Positions 1 through 10,626 of a DNA stretch of 64,000 nt are shown here, piece after piece; the first letter of the stretch is position 1, and every line of letters begins with the position of its first letter. The notes beneath the pieces are model-generated. The model was given only the letters and a program-made list of their open reading frames with translations. It was not told where the DNA came from and searched no databases. The position numbers and the translations under genes are program-made. The DNA is from an uncultured cyanobacterium (GTDB lineage Bacteria; Cyanobacteriota; Cyanobacteriia; Cyanobacteriales; Cyanobacteriaceae). Location of the stretch: NCBI GenBank assembly GCA_963749915.1, contig CAVVOP010000017.1:1-64000 (forward strand), given 5' to 3'.

Positions 1-71
1 TCGTGCAGGCCTTTGTGTTCTTTTTGCTGTCGATCATGTATTTTGCCGGTGCGATGGAACACGCGCACTGA
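1..71 (+). CDS. atpB: ATP synthase F0 subunit a, 3' end (partial)
   Basis: Frame from nt 3 reads VQAFVFFLLSIMYFAGAMEHAH*, the typical subunit a C-terminus (QAFVF..L...Y), directly upstream of atpE. Confidence 0.9.
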   Translation, partial: VQAFVFFLLSIMYFAGAMEHAH

Positions 72-159
72 TCCGCGGATAAGCGGTCCATGCGACCGTT
101 GATTGGGATAAGTTGGAAGAAGCCACACAACACATTTTAACAAGGAGGTAGAGTAGAGT

Positions 160-441
160 ATGGAAGCAAAAGCACTTGAGTTCTTCATCGCCTGTGTTAC
201 GGCAGCTGGTTTTGGGATTGCCATCGCCGCTTTCGGTTGCGGTCTTGGGCAGGGTATGGGCCTGCGGGCTGCGGTCGAGGGTGTCGCCCGCAATCCCGAA
301 TCTTCCGGTAAAGTCACGGTAACCATGCTGATCGGTCTGGCACTGATCGAATCACTGTGTATCTACGCACTGGTTGTGGCGTTGATTCTCATCTTCGCCC
401 ATCCGCAGGCAGCTTCGATCGCGGCACTTTTCGCCAAATAA
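160..441 (+). CDS. atpE: ATP synthase F0 subunit c
   Basis: GxGxGxG helix, ARNPE loop, IESLCIY carboxylate motif; AAGGAGG RBS upstream. Confidence 0.97.
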   Translation: MEAKALEFFIACVTAAGFGIAIAAFGCGLGQGMGLRAAVEGVARNPESSGKVTVTMLIGLALIESLCIYALVVALILIFAHPQAASIAALFAK

Positions 442-461
442 AGTCAAATTTTTATCAGGCC

Positions 462-507
462 ATAAAAAAGGGGTTCGGCTGAAGCTTCAGCCGGACCCCT
501 TTTTTAT
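462..507. terminator. Bidirectional intrinsic terminator after atpE
   Basis: ATAAAAAAGGGGTTCGGCTGAAG/CTTCAGCCGGACCCCTTTTTTAT: long GC stem with A-run and T-run, between convergent atpE and uvrA. Confidence 0.88.
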
Positions 508-785
508 TAACGTTCATGGTCGCTTGAGGCGGCCACCACGATGCATGAAAATGACGTGCCGGAGTCCGGATAATCGGTTGCGAAAAGCGGCTGACTGTCT
601 GAGTCGCATACGGGGCCTTAGACCGGACCCAATGCCCATAGTGCATGGACGGTAAGACATTGGGGAACAGTCCACCCCATTCATTTAAAGACGGGACTGG
701 TCCGGGCTTAGAGCCCGTTGGCGGCGAGTTTCAGCCGTCTTTCGCAACCGATTATCCGGGCGGAGGCGCCGACCTCATTTTCGGG

Positions 786-2921
786 TTACAGTACCTTCTT
801 CAGCCATCGGCCGGTGTGGGAAGCCGCATTGCCGGCGATGTCCTCCGGTCGCCCGCACGCCACTAAGTAGCCCCCGTCGTTTCCACCTTCCGGCCCCAGG
901 TCGATGAGGTAATCGGCCGTTTTAATCACGTCCAAATTGTGCTCGATGACGACAACCGTATTGCCGGCATCAACCAGTCGATTGAGAACCTCGAGCAGTT
1001 TGCGGATATCGTCGACATGCAGACCGGTGGTGGGCTCATCCAATATATAAACGGTTTTGCCGGTTCCTTTTTTACTGAGCTCGCGTGCGAGCTTCACCCG
1101 CTGGGCTTCCCCGCCCGAGAGGGTCGTGGCCTGCTGCCCGAGTTGAACATAGCCCAGTCCGACATCGACCAGGGTCTGCAGCTTGGAGCGGATGTTGCCG
1201 ATTCTTTCAAAAAAGGCCAGTGCCTGATTCACGGTCATCTTCAGGACTTCGGCGATATTCTTGCCCTTGTAGCGGATTTCGAGGGTTTCGCGGTTGTAGC
1301 GCCGCCCCCGACACACGTCGCAGGTGACGTAGACGTCCGGTAGAAAATGCATCTCGATCTTGACGATGCCGTCACCGCCACAGGCCTCACAGCGCCCGCC
1401 CTTGACGTTGAAGCTGAACCGGCCGGGTTTGTATCCCCGGACACGCGCTTCCGGAGTGCGGGCAAACAGGTCCCGGATGTGGTTGAAGACACCGGTATAG
1501 GTTCCCGGGTTGGAGCGGGGGGTTTTGCCGATCGGTGACTGGTCGATGTTGACGACCTTGTCGATATGCTCCAGGCCTTTAACCGCCCGGTGGGCTCCGG
1601 CCGGAATACGGGCGCGGTAGATCCTTTGGGCGAGGAGGTGATGCAGCGTTTCCAGAACCAGGGTCGATTTTCCAGACCCGGATACGCCGGTTACGCAGGT
1701 GAACATTCCGAGCGGAAAGGACACATCGATATGCTTCAGGTTGTTGGCCGAGGCCCCTTCGATGACGATTTCACGGCCATTGCTGTGCCGGCGCTGCCGA
1801 GGCACCTCGATCCGCCTTCGGCCGGAGAGATACTGACCGGTCAAAGAGGTTTCCTCATCGAGCAGCCGGTCGGGCGTGCCGGCAAAAACCAGTCGGCCGC
1901 CGTTGATTCCGGCACCCGGTCCCATGTCGACCACGTAGTCCGCAGTTCGTATGGTTTCTTCATCGTGTTCGACCACCAGAACGGTGTTGCCCAGGTCACG
2001 CATCTGCATGAGGGTTTGAAGCAGGCGACGGTTGTCGCGTTGATGAAGGCCGATGCTCGGTTCGTCGAGAACATAGAGGACCCCGGTCAGCTTCGAACCG
2101 ATCTGGGTGGCGAGCCGAATGCGTTGACTCTCGCCGCCGGAAAGAGTGGCAGCCGGGCGATCGAGTGTCAAATAGGAGAGCCCCACGTTGTTCAAAAAAC
2201 CGAGGCGCTCATCGATTTCCTTTAGGATCCGCTCGGCAATTAAGGCCCGCTGCCCTTCCAATTTCAAACCGGAGAGGAAAGACTGCGCCTGCGCGATTGA
2301 CATCGCGGAAATTTCGTGGATGGCCAGTTCACCGACTTTGACCGAACGGCTTTCGCGATTGAGCTTCGCTCCACCGCACTCGGAGCAGGGGCGGAAGTTC
2401 ATGAACAATTTGATCTCTTCTCTGACCTGGAAGGAATCGGTTTCCGCGTAGCGGCGCTGTAATTTGGGGATGATGCCCTCAAACGGTTTTTTATAGGTGT
2501 ATCGGCGTTCGCCGCGTTCGAAGTAAAACGGGATCAAATCCTTGCCGGAACCCTGCATCAGAACCTGTTTGAAGTGCTTGGGCAGGTCCTTGTAAGGCGT
2601 GTAGATGTCGACGCCGTAATGCGACGTCAGTGCATCCAGAAATTCAATAAACTGCATGGTGCTGCGATTGGCCCAGATGGCGACCGCGCCTTCCCGCAGA
2701 GACAGTTCCGGATTCGGGACAATGAGGTCCGGATCGAATTCGGTCGTGGTCCCCAGACCGTCGCAGCGGGGACAGGCGCCCTGGGGCGAGTTGAACGAGA
2801 AACTGGCGGGCGTGAATTCAGGGTAACCGATGCCGCAGCGAAGACAGGTCGCTTTCTCGCTGAATCGGATCGTCCCCTGGCCCAGCATGTCGACCGTCAC
2901 CTTTCCGTCGGAAAGTGCCAA
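786..2921 (-). CDS. uvrA: Excinuclease ABC subunit A, 5'-truncated at the junction (roughly the first quarter, including the first Walker A, is missing)
   Basis: Zn fingers (CLRC..CPRC, CSEC, CEAC..CDVC), [41 protein letters not shown]. The first residues of the ORF call (MWEGFLIDF) derive from the foreign AT-rich side. Confidence 0.95.
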   Translation of the reverse strand: MALSDGKVTVDMLGQGTIRFSEKATCLRCGIGYPEFTPASFSFNSPQGACPRCDGLGTTTEFDPDLIVPNPELSLREGAVAIWANRSTMQFIEFLDALTSHYGVDIYTPYKDLPKHFKQVLMQGSGKDLIPFYFERGERRYTYKKPFEGIIPKLQRRYAETDSFQVREEIKLFMNFRPCSECGGAKLNRESRSVKVGELAIHEISAMSIAQAQSFLSGLKLEGQRALIAERILKEIDERLGFLNNVGLSYLTLDRPAATLSGGESQRIRLATQIGSKLTGVLYVLDEPSIGLHQRDNRRLLQTLMQMRDLGNTVLVVEHDEETIRTADYVVDMGPGAGINGGRLVFAGTPDRLLDEETSLTGQYLSGRRRIEVPRQRRHSNGREIVIEGASANNLKHIDVSFPLGMFTCVTGVSGSGKSTLVLETLHHLLAQRIYRARIPAGAHRAVKGLEHIDKVVNIDQSPIGKTPRSNPGTYTGVFNHIRDLFARTPEARVRGYKPGRFSFNVKGGRCEACGGDGIVKIEMHFLPDVYVTCDVCRGRRYNRETLEIRYKGKNIAEVLKMTVNQALAFFERIGNIRSKLQTLVDVGLGYVQLGQQATTLSGGEAQRVKLARELSKKGTGKTVYILDEPTTGLHVDDIRKLLEVLNRLVDAGNTVVVIEHNLDVIKTADYLIDLGPEGGNDGGYLVACGRPEDIAGNAASHTGRWLKKVL

Positions 2922-3823
2922 AAAATCTATCAGAAAACCCTCCCACAATCATCCCAGAAATCAAAGAAACACCATCAAATTTTGATGAAAATAAACTAAA
3001 TTTGACGGTAAGTATTCTACCGCAAAAATATTTTGTCGAAAAAATTGGCGGTGAATTAGTAACTGTAAATGTGATGGTTGAACCCGGTATGTCTGCAGAA
3101 ACTTACGAACCTTTACCCCAACAACTGGCTGATTTTAGTAAATCTTCAGCCTATATTACTATCGGTGTCCCTTTTGAAGAAGTATGGCTAGAAAAAATTA
3201 AATCTGCCAATTCTCAAATTCCGATCATTAACTCTGGAGAAGGTATTGATAAAATAGCTATGGCAGGACATGATCATCATTATGAAGAAGAAGATCACAA
3301 ACAGAATAACCATGAAAAAGAAAAGAAAGAAACCGAAAGCTTAGATCCTCATATTTGGTTATCCCCTAAATTAGCCAAAATTCAAGCCGAAAATATATAT
3401 CAAGAACTAGTTAAACTTGATCCTAAAAATAAAGCTATATATAAACAAAACTTAGATAAATTTATTACCGAAATTGAAGAATTAGATCGACAAATAACCC
3501 AAAAATTTGCCAATATAAATAATCGAAAATTTATGATTTATCATCCAGCATGGGGTTATTTTGCCAAAGATTATAACCTAGAACAAATATCCATAGAATT
3601 TGAAGGACAAGAAGCCACTTCCTCTGCATTGGCAAACTTAACTAAACAGGCTAAAGCTGATAATATTACTATCATTTTTGCCCAACCTCAGTTTACGACA
3701 AAAACTGTTGAGATAATAGCCAGAGAAATAGGTGCAGAGGTTATTTTACTGGATGCTTTAGCCGAAAATTGGTCAAAAAATCTCTTAGAAGTTGCCGATA
3801 AGTTAGCTCAATCAATGAAATAA
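2915..3823 (+). CDS. znuA: Zn/Mn ABC transporter substrate-binding protein, N-terminus (signal peptide) missing at the junction
   Basis: VSILPQKY, His/acidic loop [32 protein letters not shown]; no signal peptide. Confidence 0.9.
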   Translation: MPKNLSENPPTIIPEIKETPSNFDENKLNLTVSILPQKYFVEKIGGELVTVNVMVEPGMSAETYEPLPQQLADFSKSSAYITIGVPFEEVWLEKIKSANSQIPIINSGEGIDKIAMAGHDHHYEEEDHKQNNHEKEKKETESLDPHIWLSPKLAKIQAENIYQELVKLDPKNKAIYKQNLDKFITEIEELDRQITQKFANINNRKFMIYHPAWGYFAKDYNLEQISIEFEGQEATSSALANLTKQAKADNITIIFAQPQFTTKTVEIIAREIGAEVILLDALAENWSKNLLEVADKLAQSMK

Positions 3824-3935
3824 AAAACTTCCTAATTTTACAATGATTGATGGCCCAATGGATAGACTTGTATTGTATATTTTTATTTTGTAAATGTCTG
3901 TTAGAAACTACTTTTAACTAAAAAATTAGCGAATA

Positions 3936-4688
3936 ATGAGTGACGTAATAAAGTTATCAAATATTTATGTAAATTATGGTAAAAATAATATCTTAGAAAA
4001 TATTAATTTACAGGTAAAAGAATTAGATTTTATCGGTATAATCGGACCTAATGGTGGCGGAAAAACTACTTTATTAAAAACATTATTGGGATTAATTTCT
4101 CCTAAATCTGGCAAAATTTCCATCATGAATTATCCAGTTTCTCAAGGTAGAAAATATATAGGTTATATACCTCAAGTTTTAGAGTTTGATCGCCGTTTTC
4201 CTATTTTAGTGGAAGATGTAGTCAGAATGGGCAGATTATCAAAAAGCCATTTATTTCGTCGTTATAACTGCCAAGATGAAAAAATTGTCACCCATTGTTT
4301 AGCACAAGTAGGGATGATAAAGTTGCGATCGCGTCCCATTGGAGAATTATCGGGGGGGGAAAGACAAAGAGTTTATATTGCCCGTGCCTTAGCCAGTCAA
4401 CCTCTTATTTTACTGTTGGACGAGCCCACCGCCAACGTTGACTCAAAAATTCAAAACAACATATATGAGTTACTAAAAGAACTCAATGAATACATGACTA
4501 TTTTGCTGATTTCCCACGATTTGGGGGCCATTTCCACCTATGTGAAAACGATTGCTTGTTTAAATCGTAGATTATACTATCACCAAGACAAATTGATTAC
4601 GCCCCAAATGATACAAGAAACCTATCAATGTCCTGTGGATTTAATAGCACATGGAATTCCTCATCGTATTTTGCCGAAACATGAATGA
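3936..4688 (+). CDS. znuC: Zn ABC transporter ATP-binding protein
   Basis: GPNGGGKTT, LSGGERQRV, LLLDEP, ISHD, C-terminal CPVDLIAHGIPH; follows znuA. Confidence 0.9.
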   Translation: MSDVIKLSNIYVNYGKNNILENINLQVKELDFIGIIGPNGGGKTTLLKTLLGLISPKSGKISIMNYPVSQGRKYIGYIPQVLEFDRRFPILVEDVVRMGRLSKSHLFRRYNCQDEKIVTHCLAQVGMIKLRSRPIGELSGGERQRVYIARALASQPLILLLDEPTANVDSKIQNNIYELLKELNEYMTILLISHDLGAISTYVKTIACLNRRLYYHQDKLITPQMIQETYQCPVDLIAHGIPHRILPKHE

Positions 4689-4795
4689 ATGGCTTTGTAA
4701 TTAATAATTGTAATTAATGATGATTGTGTAATATGATGACATAAGGGTTGCAGAATCCAGATTTAGCAAAAGTTTTCCGAAAGTCCCAGAAGGGC

Positions 4796-5323
4796 TTACC
4801 ATAACCGCTGCCAAAAAGAAGGTTTTATATCAGAGTAAATTCGACCAAGAGTCCTCGAATTAACAGGGGAATATTGCTTAAAATCGCTACCAAGCATGTT
4901 GTAGAGGACTTGCGAAGGGTTGTTTCCCTTATTGACAGTGAATAACACCTGAGCACTATAGTGACCACAACCGGTGCCTCTACGTTCAACGGCACACACA
5001 GCCGGTTGGCCATTCAACTCTTCCGCCGTCAAGTAATTGGCATTTCCCTGATCATACAGAGACTGCAAACTACTAGCCGTATTCTGACAGTTTTTCAGGG
5101 CTTCTGAGGAGGGAAAATATTCAGGGAGAAAGTTCAGAAAAGTGAGATTCTTGGATGAATTTTCTCCTGAGAAAGTAGCCGTGACCATTGGGGTACTACT
5201 TTTGATATTACATGAGAATTTTATAGTATTAGCGGTGCTGGGCTGGGCAACCACTCCTAAAGCTCCTAAAGTTAGCAGTGGAATCGCCCAAAGAAAATTG
5301 TTACCGACTTTTTTTTTGCTCAT
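4796..5323 (-). CDS. Secreted COP23-domain-like protein
   Basis: Signal peptide; FSC...C...L...YL....LNGQPAVC.......C....LFT pattern of cyanobacterial COP23 proteins. Confidence 0.7.
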   Translation of the reverse strand: MSKKKVGNNFLWAIPLLTLGALGVVAQPSTANTIKFSCNIKSSTPMVTATFSGENSSKNLTFLNFLPEYFPSSEALKNCQNTASSLQSLYDQGNANYLTAEELNGQPAVCAVERRGTGCGHYSAQVLFTVNKGNNPSQVLYNMLGSDFKQYSPVNSRTLGRIYSDIKPSFWQRLW

Positions 5324-5499
5324 AGGTTTGCTCCTAATTTCGATTGTTACTATACCGAGATATTAATACAGACGAAATTATACTTTTAGAGATTAAGATA
5401 TTAACATTATACTTAGATATTAATATAATTTTGTGATCAAGTTGGCCGATTGCAAATTTTTAGTATAGGAGTTTCCACTCGTTGGTTGAGAGCTTTCCC

Positions 5500-8400
5500 A
5501 TGAAACAGTTTGCCCGTCAAATTTTGCTAGCTAGTACTTTTTACCTCAGCTGTGGGAGTGCCATTGACCCTGCCCACGCACAAATTACACCGGATGGCAC
5601 TGTTCCCACCAATGTCAGCCAGTCGGGTAATATTTTTGAAATCAGCGGAGGAGGACAGGCAGGTAGTAACCTTTTTCATAGTTTCCAACAGTTTTCCCTC
5701 CCTACTGGAAATACTGCTTTTTTCAACAACAATACTAGCATTGCCAACATTATCAGTCGGGTGACTGGTGGTTCTATTTCCAATATTGACGGTTTAATTA
5801 AAGCTAACGGGGGAGCCAATTTAATCCTGATCAATCCCAATGGTATTTATTTTGGTTCTAATGCCCGACTCGATATTGGTGGCTCCTTTTTGGGGAGTAC
5901 GGCAAGTAGCGTAAAGTTTGCCGATGGTGCGGAATTTGGTGCCACAAATCCTCAAAATCCTTTACTAACAGTAAGTATCCCCGTGGGATTGCAAATGGGA
6001 CAGAATCCCGGAGCAATTACTGTGCAAGGTACTGGTCATACCCTCACTGTTGCTGACCCGATCTTTTCGCCTCTTAATAGGGGAAATAATTCAACAGGTC
6101 TATCCGTGAAATCAGGTAATACGCTAACCTTACTCGGAGGCAATATCAACCTAGAAGGAGGCATTCTAACGGCAGAGGGAGGACAAATTGAGTTGGGTAG
6201 TGTATCGGCAGGATTGGTCAACCTTGAATCCGTCCTGCAAGGATGGAGGTTAGGCTACGAACAGGTTTCTGATTTTCAAGATATCAATCTGAATTCTAAG
6301 GCTCTACTAGATGTCAGTGGGTTTACTGCTGGCTCAATCCATGTACAGGGGCAAAACCTTTCAGTGGGAGATGGCTCATTGTTGCTCATTCAAAATCAAG
6401 GCTTCCAGCCAGCAGGAAATATATTTGTTAATGCTGTTGATACAGTAGAAGTCAGTGGCACCAATGCTGATGGTACATTACGAAGTAGCTTGACTAACGA
6501 AACGGTGGGGGCCGGTCAGGGCGGAGATGTGGAAATTGCAGCCAGACACCTAGTCGTGCAGGAAGGGGCAACTGTTGTGGCTAAAACCGTGCAGCCTGGA
6601 ACGGGGAAGGGGGGTAACCTGAATTTGAATGCCTCTGAGTCCGTGCAAGTCATGGGGGCAAGTGTTGTCAATCCGAGGGTGACCAGCTCTATCGTTGCGG
6701 CGACCTTCGGGGTGGGAGACTCGGGCAATAATACATTATTAACTGGGCGTTTGACCGCAAGTGGTGGAGGGACGATCGCCACGGCCACTTTTGGTAGTGG
6801 TCAAGGTGGCAATATTAATTTGCAAGTCCAGAATTCCCTAAAGATGGATGGTTTTAGCCAAATATCTAGTGAGAATTTGGGTACTGGAGACGGCGGTGAC
6901 TTGACCATTGAAACAGGTGAATTGAGTATCAGTGATGGTGCTTTTATCTCCGCCACTACATTTGGGGAGGGAAAAGGAGGCAATGTGGCTATCCGTGCCA
7001 CCGACTCGGTAGGAATAACGGGGACTGGGTTTGAGGAGTTTCAACAGACTTTTCAAGCTGGCGCTCTATTGGGGACACTCCTCCCCACCGATCGGGGAAC
7101 AGGCATTTTCATGGGCACTGCTGGTGGCGGTGCCTCAGGTCATCTCACCATGGAAACACCCTCCCTGGGTCTGGATAATGGAGCAGTGATCTTCAGCCCA
7201 ACGTTTACTGAGGGGGAAGGGGGCAACATTACTATCCAGGCCTTCAAGTCAGTGGAGCTCAGTGGCTCTGCTGTACAAGCAGGGACAAGCCCCGGCAGTA
7301 AAGGATCAGCAGGGGCAATTCAGATTGATACGGGAAAGTTAACCCTGGGAAATGGGGCAACGATCGTTAATTCTACTATTGGTGATGGTGCCGGGGGGAA
7401 CGTGGAAATCAGTGCCTTAGAATCCGTTGAATTGCAAAATACCCCATTGGGAGCGTTGTTGCTGACTGGGATCTATACGAATACTGTCCTTGGTTCTGGA
7501 GCAGGCGGCGATATTAGAATTGATACAAGCAAACTATCTATCCGAGATGGGGTAATTGGCAGTAATACAGGAGCTTCCCTACCCACAGGTGTTATTCCCT
7601 TGGGCGGTCCGGGGGGAAGTGTAATTGTTAACGCCACCGAGTCTATTGAAATAGCCGGCATTCAACCTGATACAAGGTTCCCCAGTGGTTTGGGTACTAC
7701 AGGTTTTAGTCAGTCTCCCTCAGGAGATGTAACTATTTCTACTCAGAAGTTGATTGTCAGGGACGGGGCAGATGTTTCAACTGCTGCACTGGGTGCTGGA
7801 CAGGGGGGAAATTTAACTATCAATGCTTCTGAGTCAATAAAACTAATTGGGACCACTATTGGAGACCTAACTTTAGGTGGCTTATCAGCTGCATCTGGAC
7901 GGGCTAATTTACCTGAACTAGAAGCAACTGGTGCCTCTGGAAACATCAAAGTGACCACAAAAGATTTAGTTGTCCGAGATGGGGCCAGCATCGATGTGCA
8001 AAGTTTAGGTTCCGGGGATGCAGGTAATTTAGAAGTTGTAGCCAATTCAATCGTACTCGACAATCAAGGTACTATATCTGCAACGACCGCAGCAGGAGAA
8101 GGTGGCAACATTAACTTACAGTCGAATTCCTTACTGATGCGCCAGAACAGTCAGATCTCTGCCACCGCTGGCGGCACGGGCAATGGTGGCAATATCATTA
8201 TTACGGGTTCGAGTCCTGCGGACTTCGTAGTGCTACTCGAAGGTAGCGAGATTTTGGCCAATGCTTTCGAGGGTGTGGGGGGAAACATTGGAATCGATGC
8301 CAAAGCACTCTTTGTCTGCCCAGATTGCCGAATTAGTGCGAGTTCTCAACTGGGAGTGGAGGGACTGGTAACTATCAACAGGCTTCAACCCAACACGGAA

Positions 8401-8763
8401 CTACAGGTCATTAATGTGCCTCAAGAGGTAGCTGAATCGGAAGAAGTAGTAGCATTAGCCTGTTCCACAACTGAGGAAGAAGATCGTAGCGAGTTTATCA
8501 TTACCGGTCGCGGAGGATTACCTCCTCGCCCCACTGAACCTCTCAGCAGTGATAATTTAGTCAATTTTGACTCTTCCTCTTCCAGATCAGAAAGTTCCTC
8601 AGTTTCAGAGAGCCTTCGGGAGGAAACTGACACAGCCAAGCTACCAGCTCCGGCACGAGGTTGGTATGTTAACTCGAAAGGAGTCTTAATCCTAGCAGCT
8701 CAAGCTCCTTCTCCTCTTCCCTACAGTTTCGGTTTAACCACTCCTAAATGTTATGGTAATTAA
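5500..8763 (+). CDS. Filamentous haemagglutinin-family exoprotein (TpsA)
   Basis: Signal peptide ending AHA-QI; TPS domain NLFHSFQQF...NIISRVTGG..SNIDG...LINPNG; Gly-rich beta-helix repeats (GxGGNIxI); cyanobacterial tail FIITGRGGLP...ARGW. Likely start is ATG 5500. Confidence 0.92.
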   Translation: MKQFARQILLASTFYLSCGSAIDPAHAQITPDGTVPTNVSQSGNIFEISGGGQAGSNLFHSFQQFSLPTGNTAFFNNNTSIANIISRVTGGSISNIDGLIKANGGANLILINPNGIYFGSNARLDIGGSFLGSTASSVKFADGAEFGATNPQNPLLTVSIPVGLQMGQNPGAITVQGTGHTLTVADPIFSPLNRGNNSTGLSVKSGNTLTLLGGNINLEGGILTAEGGQIELGSVSAGLVNLESVLQGWRLGYEQVSDFQDINLNSKALLDVSGFTAGSIHVQGQNLSVGDGSLLLIQNQGFQPAGNIFVNAVDTVEVSGTNADGTLRSSLTNETVGAGQGGDVEIAARHLVVQEGATVVAKTVQPGTGKGGNLNLNASESVQVMGASVVNPRVTSSIVAATFGVGDSGNNTLLTGRLTASGGGTIATATFGSGQGGNINLQVQNSLKMDGFSQISSENLGTGDGGDLTIETGELSISDGAFISATTFGEGKGGNVAIRATDSVGITGTGFEEFQQTFQAGALLGTLLPTDRGTGIFMGTAGGGASGHLTMETPSLGLDNGAVIFSPTFTEGEGGNITIQAFKSVELSGSAVQAGTSPGSKGSAGAIQIDTGKLTLGNGATIVNSTIGDGAGGNVEISALESVELQNTPLGALLLTGIYTNTVLGSGAGGDIRIDTSKLSIRDGVIGSNTGASLPTGVIPLGGPGGSVIVNATESIEIAGIQPDTRFPSGLGTTGFSQSPSGDVTISTQKLIVRDGADVSTAALGAGQGGNLTINASESIKLIGTTIGDLTLGGLSAASGRANLPELEATGASGNIKVTTKDLVVRDGASIDVQSLGSGDAGNLEVVANSIVLDNQGTISATTAAGEGGNINLQSNSLLMRQNSQISATAGGTGNGGNIIITGSSPADFVVLLEGSEILANAFEGVGGNIGIDAKALFVCPDCRISASSQLGVEGLVTINRLQPNTELQVINVPQEVAESEEVVALACSTTEEEDRSEFIITGRGGLPPRPTEPLSSDNLVNFDSSSSRSESSSVSESLREETDTAKLPAPARGWYVNSKGVLILAAQAPSPLPYSFGLTTPKCYGN

Positions 8764-10549
8764 ACATAAATCCAAATTTCTTTTACTTTTCTTTGATCCT
8801 AACTTTTTACTTTTAGCTCCCTATTCCTTAATGTTGGCTTATCCTTTGCCTGGATTGGCTCAGGGAATCGCTCCTGTCCCCTCTACTTTACCAAGACAAC
8901 CTCGGATCGCTCCTGTCCCCTCTACTTCACCAAGACAACCTCAGCCCAAACCTTTTACCCCGAAGGAAGAACCTCTACAGTTGAATCCCACAGCCCCACC
9001 AACCCCAGAAGAAATCCAAGACATTCCAGGGCAGGTTATTGTTGATCAGTTCAATTTTGTTGGCAGTACTGTCTTTAGCCAGAAGGAGTTAAATCGGGCA
9101 ACGGCTGAGTTTCTGGGTAAGCCCATCACCTTTGCACAACTTCTCCAAGCCGCCAATCAAGTTACCGAGCTCTATGTTCAACAGGGATACATTACCTCTG
9201 GTGCTTATATTCCTAGTCAGGCTATCCAGTCGGGTACCATTACAATCCAAGTGGTCGAGGGCAGCTTAGAGCAGATTGAGGTCAATATTGTTAAGGGGCG
9301 ACTTAACTCAGATTATGTACGCAGTAGGATCGCTATAGCTGTTGCTCAACCTCTCAATATTAATGACCTGCAAGAAGCACTACAATTGCTGCAACTTAAC
9401 CCTCTGATCGAAAACTTGAATGCGGAACTAAGTGCGGGTACCAAGCCCGGAACGAATTCTTTGATCGTTAAGGTCGTGGGTGCTAAAACTTTTGCGGCCA
9501 CCCTTGACATCAATAATAATCGCAACCCAAGTATTGGCAGTTTTGAACGTGGTATCAAACTATCGGAAGCCAATTTGCTCGGACTCGGAGATGAGATGAC
9601 TTTCACCTACGCCAATACTGATGGCAGCAATCAGTTTAGCGGCAGCTACACCTTGCCAGTGAACCCTCGCAATGGCAGTTTGCGTTTCCGCTATCAGATC
9701 TCGAACAACAATATTATTGAACCTCCCTTTGAGGATTTAGACATTCAGGTGGATTATCGCCAGTTTGAGCTTAGTTTTCGCCAGCCAGTTATTCAAAGAG
9801 CTACCCCAGAATACAGCCAAGAACTTGCTCTCACTTTAGGGGTAGAAAGAGAAGAAAGCGATAGTTCCATCCTCGGGGTAGATTTTCCCCTTTCTCCAGG
9901 GGCAAATGACCAGGGAGAGGTCCGCATTTCCAAGCTTAATTTTGCTCAAGAATGGCTTCAGCGAAGCCGTCAACAGGTTATGCTTGCTCGCTCTGAGTTC
10001 GGGCTTGGCATCAATGTCTTTAATGCGACCGTTAACAACGAGGATCCAGATAGCCAATTTTTTCTGTGGCGGGGACAACTACTTTATTTGCGTCTCTTGG
10101 CGGAACCAACTCCAGATTCTATGATTAGTCCGACCTTGTTGGTTCGTTCAGAACTACAACTATCAGCTGACCCGCTTCTGCCCATTGAGCAATTTAGTCT
10201 GGGAGGTTACTCAACGGTGAGAGGATACCGCCAAGATACCATTCTCAGCAATAATGGTTTTTTTATCTCTGCGGAAGTGCAAGTACCGATCCTCAGAGTT
10301 CCGGAGATACAAGGAACACTACAAATAGCACCTTTTATTGATTTTGGTACTGCTTGGAACAATAGAGACAATTTAGAGAATAGTACTTTAGTGGGTGCAG
10401 GATTTGGTTTGATCTGGCGGATGGGAGAAACATTTAACGCTCGTTTAGATTGGGGTATCCCCCTGGTGAATTTTGACTATTCGGATTCGGGAAGTAGAAC
10501 ATGGCAACAGGATGGAATCTATTTCCAGGTACAGTACAAGCCTTTCTAA
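8753..10549 (+). CDS. ShlB/FhaC/HecB-family two-partner secretion transporter (TpsB)
   Basis: POTRA motif (LYVQQGYITSGA), VRGYRQD motif, C-terminal F; overlaps the TpsA stop codon. Confidence 0.92.
   Translation: MVIKHKSKFLLLFFDPNFLLLAPYSLMLAYPLPGLAQGIAPVPSTLPRQPRIAPVPSTSPRQPQPKPFTPKEEPLQLNPTAPPTPEEIQDIPGQVIVDQFNFVGSTVFSQKELNRATAEFLGKPITFAQLLQAANQVTELYVQQGYITSGAYIPSQAIQSGTITIQVVEGSLEQIEVNIVKGRLNSDYVRSRIAIAVAQPLNINDLQEALQLLQLNPLIENLNAELSAGTKPGTNSLIVKVVGAKTFAATLDINNNRNPSIGSFERGIKLSEANLLGLGDEMTFTYANTDGSNQFSGSYTLPVNPRNGSLRFRYQISNNNIIEPPFEDLDIQVDYRQFELSFRQPVIQRATPEYSQELALTLGVEREESDSSILGVDFPLSPGANDQGEVRISKLNFAQEWLQRSRQQVMLARSEFGLGINVFNATVNNEDPDSQFFLWRGQLLYLRLLAEPTPDSMISPTLLVRSELQLSADPLLPIEQFSLGGYSTVRGYRQDTILSNNGFFISAEVQVPILRVPEIQGTLQIAPFIDFGTAWNNRDNLENSTLVGAGFGLIWRMGETFNARLDWGIPLVNFDYSDSGSRTWQQDGIYFQVQYKPF
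8867..8942 (+). repeat. 39-bp in-frame tandem duplication in the TpsB Pro-rich linker
   Basis: ATCGCTCCTGTCCCCTCTACTT(T/C)ACCAAGACAACCTC at 8867 and 8906, encoding IAPVPSTLPRQP and IAPVPSTSPRQP. Confidence 0.9.
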
Positions 10550-10626
10550 AACTATCACTCATTTTGAGTTTCACGGTTTATGCTTCTTTGAAATTATTTG
10601 ATATTAATATTAATTTTAAATCGCTT

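Noticed and set aside
2915..2948. Apparent overlapping divergent starts of uvrA and znuA
   Set aside because: Produced by the chimeric junction; both genes are truncated there
455..2999. Short ORFs in the GC-rich part (455-646, 645-866, 939-1343, 1566-2225, 2574-2999 and others)
   Set aside because: Shadow ORFs overlapping uvrA or the terminator region; expected in GC-rich DNA and without recognisable motifs
10501..10626. ORF-track N-terminal extension of the CHAT protein
   Set aside because: Overlaps the TpsB 3' end; ATG 10627 gives a proper signal-like N-terminus
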